Shown here in pieces: positions 27,622 to 36,248 of a stretch of DNA of 64,000 nucleotides. Within the stretch, counting starts at the first letter, position 1, and every line of letters begins with the position of its first letter. Below the pieces are notes generated by a model. It had not been told where the DNA came from. It worked only from the letters and a program-made list of their open reading frames with translations, and made no database searches. The stretch is from Bacilli bacterium. GTDB taxonomy: Bacteria > Bacillota_I > Bacilli_A > ML615J-28 > CAG-698. The stretch is taken from positions 22,931 to 86,930 of the forward strand of contig JAFZWP010000022.1 of the NCBI GenBank assembly GCA_017617065.1, given 5' to 3'. The position numbers were made by a program, and so were the translations under genes.

Positions 27622-28069
27622 TTTTATCCTCCTCTAATAGCATATCAATATCTTCTTCTGTATAAATTGTAATCCCTTCTTGCATAAATTGTCTAGCAGT
27701 AAATCCAATTCCTTTTATTTTTTTACCACTGAATGATCCATCATGAACTAAATTTGATCCACAACTAGGTGAAGATTCTTTCAAAATAGCAAATATACAA
27801 TTATTCTCTTTATAAATCGCTAAAGCCCTTTTAGCACCTTCATTAAAATATAATGTATTATCTAGTCCATCTTCTCTTAGTACCTTGTTACTTACAATTT
27901 CTGAAGCCACTCTTGGTGTAGGAAGCCCTCCTAAAACTTCAGGACAAATAGGGATAAGATTATATTTATCTTTTAGTAATTCTACTTTAGGATAATATTT
28001 AGCTTTCCCATCATACCTACAATTATGACCAAGTAGGCACGCGCTAATCGCAATGTTTGCTTTTGACAT
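27614..28069 (-). CDS. DUF523 (TudS-like thiouracil/4-thio-UMP desulfidase family) protein
   Basis: ISACLLGHNCRYDG...ICPEVLGGLPTPR...SPSCG are Cys ligand motifs of DUF523. The start is moved to the ATG at 28069; the track's longer ORF runs back through the HD gene. Confidence 0.7.
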   Translation of the reverse strand: MSKANIAISACLLGHNCRYDGKAKYYPKVELLKDKYNLIPICPEVLGGLPTPRVASEIVSNKVLREDGLDNTLYFNEGAKRALAIYKENNCIFAILKESSPSCGSNLVHDGSFSGKKIKGIGFTARQFMQEGITIYTEEDIDMLLEEDKNE

Positions 28070-28763
28070 TTTTACCATCCGCATCTGTTGTTGCTGCCAT
28101 TTGCTTACGATATCCATAAAATGCTTCAATTTGTAAATTGATTTCTTTACGAATAATCTTATCTGCCTTAGGCGAAGCACACTTTATATTCTTTTTATGG
28201 TGACGAAGCCTTGCAATATATTTATCAATTTTATCAATTACTTCTAGATAATCTTTTGATGCCTCTTTCCAATCACCAATTTTAGCTAATACTCTTAACA
28301 TTCCATAACGATCAATATCATCGGCTTCTTCAGTGAAATGAGCTTCGATTATATCTTCATAATCGTATTGGTCATATTCACCGGAGTGACAAGTAATACA
28401 CCAACAAATATCTTCAGTTGTTTTATCATCAATACCAATGCTTTTTAAAAATGGTCTAGCCATTTTAGCACCAACTAGTCCGTGCGATTCATTAGGAATT
28501 AAGAATGCTTCAAATTTACCAATGTCATGTAATATACATGCCATTCTAACTGTAAATTCATCTACATTCATTCCACGCTTTAATGCATCATCTACTAACA
28601 TCTTTCCAAAGTTAGCAACTCTCAAAGAATGTTCGTATCTGTACCACTTAGCTACTTCGCTCATATCATCTACATCTACTTTAGTATTAATCAAACATTC
28701 ATAAGCAAACTCTTGTGCTTTTTTAAATAAAGGAAGACTTTCTGGAAATGTATATTTACTCAT
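28044..28763 (-). CDS. HD-domain phosphohydrolase
   Basis: YEHSLRVANFG...ACILHDIGKF gives the H...HD metal motif. 239 aa. Confidence 0.7.
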   Translation of the reverse strand: MSKYTFPESLPLFKKAQEFAYECLINTKVDVDDMSEVAKWYRYEHSLRVANFGKMLVDDALKRGMNVDEFTVRMACILHDIGKFEAFLIPNESHGLVGAKMARPFLKSIGIDDKTTEDICWCITCHSGEYDQYDYEDIIEAHFTEEADDIDRYGMLRVLAKIGDWKEASKDYLEVIDKIDKYIARLRHHKKNIKCASPKADKIIRKEINLQIEAFYGYRKQMAATTDADGKNVKSKHCD

Positions 28764-29513
28764 TTATTTACCTAAAAAGAAATGATCAATCTTTCCTCCT
28801 TTAATAAATTCAAGCATTTCTTCATTATAAAACCTAATAACATTATCAACTAATCTTGTAGCTTCTTCTACACAAGGTTTATATGATGGATCATTAAAAA
28901 ATGCATATTTGTCATTTACATCAAAATCTACAACAAGTAAATCTTCCCCAACTTCAATTGATGTTGGTTTACTAAACTTATCAGGAGCACTAATGCGCAT
29001 TTTATGCTCATTATGCATACCAAAATTAACAAAATAAGGAGGTTCAATAAATGCCACTTTGCTAGTCATGTTATCAATAACTGTTTTTGTATCATAACTT
29101 GGCATCTTCTTAATCATATGAAGTAATGGGTTTTCACCTAATTCATTTTGTTTCACTTCAATATGTAGTGTTAACCCTACAAAGTTATAAGGACTATCAA
29201 TATAGTTTTCTAAGAATGATCCCATTTTCTCTACAATATTCGATAAAGTATCAAGCACAAATGAATCATCAATCTCTGCTGGGATGTTGTTATACATTAT
29301 TTGTAAGTTTTGCATTGAGCAAGTAAACATAAACCCCATTTTTGGTTCCCCAATAATGCGTGGTAATTCAGCTGGTTTTGAAGAATCAAAGTTAGTAACG
29401 CGTAATGGTTCTTTAAAGAACAGTTTGCCTGCTTCACTAAACAAAGCTACATCTTCTCTTAATGTATCCATTCTCTTTGTATAAAAATTGAATTGAAGTC
29501 CAACTATTTTCAT
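28764..29513 (-). CDS. hypothetical protein (possibly TIGR04255-like)
   Basis: 249-aa ORF with no TM or signal peptide. Its stop abuts the HD-gene start with zero spacing. A two-half architecture with LLVVDFDVNDKY near the C-terminus is vaguely reminiscent of TIGR04255 proteins. Confidence 0.55.
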   Translation of the reverse strand: MKIVGLQFNFYTKRMDTLREDVALFSEAGKLFFKEPLRVTNFDSSKPAELPRIIGEPKMGFMFTCSMQNLQIMYNNIPAEIDDSFVLDTLSNIVEKMGSFLENYIDSPYNFVGLTLHIEVKQNELGENPLLHMIKKMPSYDTKTVIDNMTSKVAFIEPPYFVNFGMHNEHKMRISAPDKFSKPTSIEVGEDLLVVDFDVNDKYAFFNDPSYKPCVEEATRLVDNVIRFYNEEMLEFIKGGKIDHFFLGK

Positions 29514-29523
29514 ATTCTACTCC

Positions 29524-30198
29524 TTATAAATATTTATAATAATCATCTAAACTATTAAATTCATAATTAACTTTCACATCGCTAAGTTTATTCTTTGGAT
29601 TAAACCAAGCAACGTCAATTTTATAATTTATTCCACCCATTATATCTGATGATATACTATCACCAATTACTAAATAATTAGTTAAATCATTATCACCAAT
29701 TTCTTTTATTACATAATCGAAATATTCTTTTTGCGGTTTAAAATAGCCTATATCTTCCGATATAAATGCGCCATCAAAATATTGCATTAGATTAGTCTTA
29801 TTCCATCTAGACACTTGGGTCTTCTTTACACCATTAGTAATAATGTATAATTTATAACCCTTGTCTTTTAAATATTTTAAAACATCTTCAATGCCATCAA
29901 TTACAAATACATTATAAGTAAGCGTATCTAAATATTCTTGATTAATCTTTTTCCCATCTACATCTATACCATATTTTTGGAAAAACTCTTTAAACCTAAG
30001 TTCTAATAACAATTCTTTACTAATTAATCCTTTTTCAAACTTTCGCCAATATCCTTCGTTTAGCGCTACATATTCTTCTACTATTTCAGAAGTTGGCTTA
30101 ACACCATATTTATCCATGATTAAGGCAATAGAGACTCTTTCACTTTTACCAAAATCTAGAATTGTATCATCACAATCAATTAATAAATATTTATACAC
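29524..30198 (-). CDS. HAD-IA hydrolase, YjjG-like noncanonical pyrimidine 5'-nucleotidase
   Basis: DxDxT motif LIDCDDTILDF, ITNG, and GDSISSDIMGG. Confidence 0.75.
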   Translation of the reverse strand: MYKYLLIDCDDTILDFGKSERVSIALIMDKYGVKPTSEIVEEYVALNEGYWRKFEKGLISKELLLELRFKEFFQKYGIDVDGKKINQEYLDTLTYNVFVIDGIEDVLKYLKDKGYKLYIITNGVKKTQVSRWNKTNLMQYFDGAFISEDIGYFKPQKEYFDYVIKEIGDNDLTNYLVIGDSISSDIMGGINYKIDVAWFNPKNKLSDVKVNYEFNSLDDYYKYL

Positions 30199-31507
30199 TT
30201 ACTACCTTCCCAAATAAATCATAAAAACTAGCATCAGTAATTTCTACTAAGTATTCTTTAGATATTTCTAACTCCTTATCTGATTCAATATAGATTTCCC
30301 CATCGATATCATCCGGTGCTAAGAAGTATGAGCGGCCAAAATAAGCATTATTATCTTCATTATAGCCTTCTATAATAACCGAATATTTCCTACCTATAAA
30401 TGATTTATTAGCTTCATATGATATCATTTTCTGGGTTTCCATCAACTCATTATAGCGTTTAGTTTTAATATCTTCATCTACTTGATTATCCATACTAGCA
30501 GCAACAGTATCATCTTCAGGCGAATACTTAAATGCACCAAGATGATTAAATCTAGCCTCCTTAATAAACTCTAGCGTTTCTCTAAAGTCATCATCACTTT
30601 CCCCAGGAAAACCGACAATCATCGTAGTTCTAAATATAGCATTAGGAATTAGATTTCTAATCTTATTTATGAGGGTTAATACATATTCTTTGGTACCTCT
30701 ACGATGCATATCTTTTAATATTTTATTAGATGCACTTTGAAGAGGAATATCAAAATATGGCATTATTTTATCATTTTCTTTAATCATATAAATTAAGTCG
30801 TCAGTTATTTCATCTGGATATAAATATAAAAGTCTTACCTTAAAATCACCATCAAGTTTAGTAATTTCACCTAATAATTTAGCTAGATTTATATCTTTTA
30901 AATCATATCCATAATTAGTAACATCTTGACTAATTAAACAAATTTCGCGTCTTCCTTCACTAATTAACATCTTGATTTCTGTTAAAATATCATCTTTAGG
31001 TCTACTTACAAATGATCCTCTAATTAAAGGTATTGCACAATATGTGCACCTGTTGTTACAGCCTTCAGATATCCTAACATACGCCATATGAGCTGGAGTT
31101 GATACTAATCTGTTTAATGGATTAAAACACATTCCTTTTTTAATTATTTTATCACCTAGAATGGCTTCTATCTTTTCACCTAAGTGTAAGTAATCTTTAA
31201 TCCTTACATATAGATCAACTTCGGGGATTTCTTTTACCAAATCATCATAATACCTTTGAACAAGGCAACCTACCACAATTACTTTTGTTCCTAATTTTTG
31301 ATAATCAAGGCAATCAAGAATTGTATCAATTGCTTCTTTTTTTGCATCCTCAATAAATCCGCATGTATTAACAATAATCACATCGGCTTTGTTTTTATCA
31401 GGAGTAATGATATATCCATATTCATTAAACATCCCTAGGATTATTTCACTATCAACTAAGTTCTTTTCACATCCTAAAGATATGAGACAAATCTTTAAAT
31501 TCTTCAT
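30191..31507 (-). CDS. rimO: ribosomal protein S12 methylthiotransferase RimO (radical SAM MTTase)
   Basis: N-terminus ISLGCEKNLVDSE, radical SAM motif EGCNNRCTYCAIP, C-terminal TRAM-like part, 438 aa. Confidence 0.8.
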   Translation of the reverse strand: MKNLKICLISLGCEKNLVDSEIILGMFNEYGYIITPDKNKADVIIVNTCGFIEDAKKEAIDTILDCLDYQKLGTKVIVVGCLVQRYYDDLVKEIPEVDLYVRIKDYLHLGEKIEAILGDKIIKKGMCFNPLNRLVSTPAHMAYVRISEGCNNRCTYCAIPLIRGSFVSRPKDDILTEIKMLISEGRREICLISQDVTNYGYDLKDINLAKLLGEITKLDGDFKVRLLYLYPDEITDDLIYMIKENDKIMPYFDIPLQSASNKILKDMHRRGTKEYVLTLINKIRNLIPNAIFRTTMIVGFPGESDDDFRETLEFIKEARFNHLGAFKYSPEDDTVAASMDNQVDEDIKTKRYNELMETQKMISYEANKSFIGRKYSVIIEGYNEDNNAYFGRSYFLAPDDIDGEIYIESDKELEISKEYLVEITDASFYDLFGKVVSV

Positions 31508-31573
31508 ATTTTTCTCTTTCTTATTATATATAGATTATAACAAATTATTCCCCTAAACAAAAGTTGCTTAAAG

Positions 31574-33340
31574 CTACTCAGCTAATACTTTTTCTAATTG
31601 ATCTACTAATTCATCCATTCTTGTTACTACTGCCATAAATGTTTCTTCATTAGTAAAATCTACACCAGCAGCTAGTGCTTCTTTTACTGGATAATCAGAT
31701 CCACCAGCTTTTAATAAACTAATGTAATTATCAAATTCTTTAGCTCCACCATTTTTAACACTTTGATATAGTTTTAGTGAAGCTGAGAATGATGTGGCAT
31801 ATTGGTAAACATAGAATGGTGTATAGAATAGGTGAGGAATATAACACCATACATATTTTTTATAAACTTCTTTAGTAATATCAATACCATAATATTGTTT
31901 ATATAAATCAATCATTATATTAGATAATACTTCATGATTGATTACTCCACCACTTGTCGCGATCTCATTTGCTCTATATTCATAATCCGCAAATAATGTT
32001 TGGCGATAGAACGTAGATACAATTGAATCAATTGCTTTTTGGAGAAGAATAATCTTTTCTTCTTTGCTAGCCTTACCTGATTCAATTAAATAATCAAGCA
32101 ATCTATGTTCGTTGAATGTGGAAGCAATTTCAGCCACAAATATCGTATAATCTTGTAAGCTAGCAGGCTGTGCTTCTGCTGCATATAGTGAATGAATTGA
32201 GTGACCTGATTCATGAGCAACTGTGAATACATCATCAAGTGCATCCGTATAGTTTAATAATATAAATGGTCTACTATTAACTACACTACTAGAATATGCG
32301 CCACTTCTCTTCCCTTCTTTTTCATATACGTCCACAAATCCTTCTTCTAAAGCTAAATGAGCTTTATTTTGGAAATCTTTTGGAAATACTTTAATTGAAT
32401 CAAAGAATAATTCTTTTGCTTCTTCATAACTATATTTCTTATTAGAAGTAGCCAAGTTCATAAAACGATTATATGTATGATATTCTTTTAATCCTAAATA
32501 TTTTTGTCTTAATGCTATATATTTTTTAAGTGAAGCATTGTTTTCACTAGCCACTTTTACTAAAGTCTTAAACACACTTGTAGGGATAGCATTATGATAT
32601 AAGTAACTATCTAGAATAGAATCATAATTTCTATTAGCTACATTAGCTTTATTAGTATTAATAATTTGATTATAAATAGTAGCAAAAGTAGTTTTTAAAT
32701 CTTCATATTTAGAAAAGATTGCTTCAAATATTGCTTTACGATCTTCATCATTATCAGCTTGTTCTTCTAGAGTTGTCCAGTTACCTTGTGTAACTGTTAC
32801 ACTTTCTCCATTTTTAAGTGTAATTGTTTTAGGAGTAGCATCAGCTACTGCTAGAGCACTATATAGTTCTCTTGCATTTGATGTAACTGGCATCAATCTA
32901 GCTAGAAGCTGTTCGCTTTTTGAATCTAAGATATGGTCTTGTTGTCTAAATAGCTTATCTAGCCCAAATCTGATTTCTTCCAATTCTTTATTCCTATCTA
33001 CAAAATGCATTAGTTTATCCTTACCAATTGCTAATAATTCTGGTTCTTCAAATGATAAGCCCGATGCAACCTCTGCATAAAAATTCATTACCTTGGCGTA
33101 GGATGCTGCATTTGCCACATCCTTCTTATTTAAATCACTCTTTAAAGATGCATATTGATAAATCTTTTCAAATCTTTCTTCAAATTCAATTTCTAACTTT
33201 TTAAACTGGCAAAAAGATGCTTCATCTGCAAGTTTTCCTTTAAACGAAAGCAGCTTATTAAATAATTCTTTAACAGTTTCAAACTCTTTTTCCCAAGCTT
33301 CATCATTTTTAAATAAATAAGTTAAATTCCAATTATTCAT
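31574..33340 (-). CDS. pepF: oligoendopeptidase F (M3B)
   Basis: 588 aa with zinc motif VAHESGHSIH and the typical N-terminus WNLTYLF. Confidence 0.9.
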   Translation of the reverse strand: MNNWNLTYLFKNDEAWEKEFETVKELFNKLLSFKGKLADEASFCQFKKLEIEFEERFEKIYQYASLKSDLNKKDVANAASYAKVMNFYAEVASGLSFEEPELLAIGKDKLMHFVDRNKELEEIRFGLDKLFRQQDHILDSKSEQLLARLMPVTSNARELYSALAVADATPKTITLKNGESVTVTQGNWTTLEEQADNDEDRKAIFEAIFSKYEDLKTTFATIYNQIINTNKANVANRNYDSILDSYLYHNAIPTSVFKTLVKVASENNASLKKYIALRQKYLGLKEYHTYNRFMNLATSNKKYSYEEAKELFFDSIKVFPKDFQNKAHLALEEGFVDVYEKEGKRSGAYSSSVVNSRPFILLNYTDALDDVFTVAHESGHSIHSLYAAEAQPASLQDYTIFVAEIASTFNEHRLLDYLIESGKASKEEKIILLQKAIDSIVSTFYRQTLFADYEYRANEIATSGGVINHEVLSNIMIDLYKQYYGIDITKEVYKKYVWCYIPHLFYTPFYVYQYATSFSASLKLYQSVKNGGAKEFDNYISLLKAGGSDYPVKEALAAGVDFTNEETFMAVVTRMDELVDQLEKVLAE

Positions 33341-33437
33341 AATCTTTTCTCCTACTATTATATTAAATAAATTATAGCATAATTTATTTAAAAAAGAATA
33401 AATAGTGTATAATTAAAACAGATTAAGGAGATTAAAT

Positions 33438-34421
33438 ATGAAAAAGTTAGTTTGTGCATATATTTATGATCGTGATCCTAGTGTCCCATTTAATCTAGAT
33501 AATATGGAAATGGTTGATATTGTCAATTATTCATTTGGAAAAGTAAATGATGATCATACTCTTGATACATCACGCTTATTCCATTTAGATCAAATATTAG
33601 CTCTAAAAAACGATAAACGTAAAGTTGTTCTATCAATTGGTGGTTGGGGTGCTGATGGCTTTAGCCAAGCTGTAACAACAAGCACTACTAGATATAAATT
33701 TATTCATTCTATTGTGGAGTTTGTAAAGAAAACTGGAATTGACGGGATTGATCTAGATTGGGAATATCCTAACAGTGGAGCAGCAGGAATTGCTTTTTGT
33801 CAAGATGATACACCAAACTTTACATTTTTCATTAAAGAATTAAGATCTTCATTAGATAATATCAAGCCAGGATTAATTATAAGTGTAGCTGTAGGGGCCG
33901 GACTTAAATGTGTTCAAGATATTGAGATTAAAGAAATAGAACCATTTATTAATTATCTAAATATCATGACATATGATTTAGGTCATTCTCAAGATGGTGC
34001 ATATCGTCACCATACTAATTTATTTAAAGAAGCTAGTGACCCACAAGTATCAGGTAATGAAGCCATCATCAATTACCATAATGCTGGCATGCCTTATGAA
34101 AAAATCATCATGGGTTCCGCAACTTATGGTAAAGTGTTTACTCTAGATAAAAACGATATCCCTCGTGGCCATTATCCATATTGGAAAATTGAAGCAGAAC
34201 TTACAAATGACCCTTCCGTTAAATTTGAATGGATTGAGGAGGCCCACGCACCAATTATTATTTTAAATAAGAATCATTATGTTACATATGATGATCCCCG
34301 TAGCGTAAAAGAAAAATGCGACTATATTAAAAGCCACAATATGGCTGGTATCATGTACTGGGAATATAATGCAGATAAAACAGGAACACTATTAAAGGTA
34401 ATGTATGAAAATCTTAAATGA
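33438..34421 (+). CDS. cytoplasmic GH18 family glycosidase
   Basis: SIGGWGADGFS and the catalytic DGIDLDWEYP are present. There is no signal peptide. RBS AAGGAG. Confidence 0.8.
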   Translation: MKKLVCAYIYDRDPSVPFNLDNMEMVDIVNYSFGKVNDDHTLDTSRLFHLDQILALKNDKRKVVLSIGGWGADGFSQAVTTSTTRYKFIHSIVEFVKKTGIDGIDLDWEYPNSGAAGIAFCQDDTPNFTFFIKELRSSLDNIKPGLIISVAVGAGLKCVQDIEIKEIEPFINYLNIMTYDLGHSQDGAYRHHTNLFKEASDPQVSGNEAIINYHNAGMPYEKIIMGSATYGKVFTLDKNDIPRGHYPYWKIEAELTNDPSVKFEWIEEAHAPIIILNKNHYVTYDDPRSVKEKCDYIKSHNMAGIMYWEYNADKTGTLLKVMYENLK

Positions 34422-35679
34422 AATTAATCAAGAATACTTATTAGCTCTTCTTGGTCTTGAAAATCTTCCAAAAAAATATTTAGATAAGTATGAAGAATTT
34501 ATTGCATATTTAAAAGAAGCTCCCGATGAGTTTATGACTCATGAAGAGCTTGATTATGATTTAACTATATTAAAGATTGAAGATGATGTAAAATTTGATC
34601 TTCATAAATGTTTAGACTTAATTAATTCTAATTATGAAGCAAAACTAGCATGTTATTATTATAAATACATCTCATATATCGCTTTTTATTCTACAGCTAA
34701 TCAAATATATGCGAAAGTATCTTCTTATGCTTTAGAAGATTATATTCTTCATACATTTACAATTATAGCGCCTTTTAAATGGCGATATGAGGAAGCATTA
34801 ACAAGAGGCATCCCTAAAAAATATCTAGAGCCGCAATTTAGAGATTTAGCGCATCATATTCACCGATGGATGAGAACTCATAAGACTGGTGGAGTTATTA
34901 GATGGGATACGATTGTAGCATACTTGGAGTTATTCCCAATTGATACCCTTACATTAGAACCATTTGATAATACAGTGCTTTGGCACGGATTTATTAATAA
35001 AGATGGTAAGAAATTAATCTTAATGCAAGATGCAAAAAACATCCGTAAAGATGGTCAGCTTGATGGAGTAAACGGAGTGTATGATTATTCATTTACTACT
35101 ACTTATCACGAGGATGATAAATATTTCTATGGTAACCCAGTTGACCCATATGGTGTTGTATTAAAAGATGTGGTAAGACTTGATAAAACAAACTGGAGCG
35201 AGTTTCCTAAAAAGGATGATTGGTTTATTGAATTCCATGTATCAAGCCACAATCCATACACTATTGAAAACTTTGCTAACAGCATTAAAAAAGGTATTAG
35301 GTTCTTTAAGAAATATTATCCTGAACGTAACTTCGTAGCTGTAAGAGGATTCTCTTGGTTATTTAGTCCCCAACTAAAATATATAATTGATGAGAATAAA
35401 GGTAATATTTCTAGAATTAAAAAATGTGGATACACTGTTCCAACAGCAACTGGTGAAGGTAATGTATTTAATTTCGTATTTCATAATGTGGATATAAAAC
35501 CTGAAGAAATACCGGAAACTACTTCACTATATAGAGGTATTAAAAAATTCTTACTTGCAGGTGGTAGAATAAACTGTGGAGAAATGATGTTCTTTTTAGA
35601 TGATTTAGATAACATTATGGATAATGTTTATATGCAGTCGTTTCCAACTATTATAAATAAATTAAAAGATGATGAATAA
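34405..35679 (+). CDS. hypothetical protein, possibly N-acyltransferase-like (NAT_N/GNAT_C-type architecture)
   Basis: 424 aa, overlapping the GH18 gene by 17 nt. The C-terminal stretch FIEFHVSSHNPYTIENFANSIKKGIRFFKKYYPERNFVAVRGFSWLFSPQL resembles the GNAT-like C-terminal domain family as I recall it. The functional call is weak. Confidence 0.35.
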   Translation: MKILNEINQEYLLALLGLENLPKKYLDKYEEFIAYLKEAPDEFMTHEELDYDLTILKIEDDVKFDLHKCLDLINSNYEAKLACYYYKYISYIAFYSTANQIYAKVSSYALEDYILHTFTIIAPFKWRYEEALTRGIPKKYLEPQFRDLAHHIHRWMRTHKTGGVIRWDTIVAYLELFPIDTLTLEPFDNTVLWHGFINKDGKKLILMQDAKNIRKDGQLDGVNGVYDYSFTTTYHEDDKYFYGNPVDPYGVVLKDVVRLDKTNWSEFPKKDDWFIEFHVSSHNPYTIENFANSIKKGIRFFKKYYPERNFVAVRGFSWLFSPQLKYIIDENKGNISRIKKCGYTVPTATGEGNVFNFVFHNVDIKPEEIPETTSLYRGIKKFLLAGGRINCGEMMFFLDDLDNIMDNVYMQSFPTIINKLKDDE

Positions 35680-35693
35680 TATTCATCATCTTT

Positions 35694-36092
35694 TTATAAC
35701 CACTCTTTTAAATCACCATAATATGCATCAACGGCAATGCCATAAGCAAAAGAGATTGCTAAGCCTTTTAGCTTTTGTCCTTTTTTAACTCTATTAGCTA
35801 TTTGTTCAGTAGAATAACTGCCATCAATCCAGTAAAGAATACCAGTTGCACCTTGAATATCTACATTAGTAACTGATCCGTAATTTGATTCACCGAATTC
35901 TTCTATGATCTTTGGCATTAAGTCAGTATATGAATAAGGCGTCTTAGCACTACCATCCATATATCTAGCATAGCGGTCAGTGATTTTTTCTGCCCACGCT
36001 TTCTTCTCTTCGTTATCTTTACAGCCAGCTAAGCTTACACAAAGCGCTACTAATAAAAATACCATTAATAGTTTTGAAATTCTTTTTACCAT
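35694..36092 (-). CDS. small lipoprotein, function unknown
   Basis: Lipobox VSLAGC. The start is set at the ATG after AAAGGTGA. Confidence 0.6.
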   Translation of the reverse strand: MVKRISKLLMVFLLVALCVSLAGCKDNEEKKAWAEKITDRYARYMDGSAKTPYSYTDLMPKIIEEFGESNYGSVTNVDIQGATGILYWIDGSYSTEQIANRVKKGQKLKGLAISFAYGIAVDAYYGDLKEWL

Positions 36093-36248
36093 AATTATCA
36101 CCTTTTTCTATTAACCATTATAGTCCAATTTATACATACTTTCAAGATTATATTTTATAACCTCATAAAAAATAATAATGTAAAAAGAAGATATAATATT
36201 GAGAAACAGCCACATTATTAGTATAATAAATATTAGAGGTGAATAATA

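Noticed and set aside
28070-28180. N-terminal extension of the DUF523 ORF (the track start at 28180), implying a 137-nt overlap with the HD gene.
   Set aside because: The extension (MLRLRQIRLFVKK...) has no DUF523 similarity. The conserved domain begins just after the internal ATG at 28069, which gives an ordinary 26-nt overlap.
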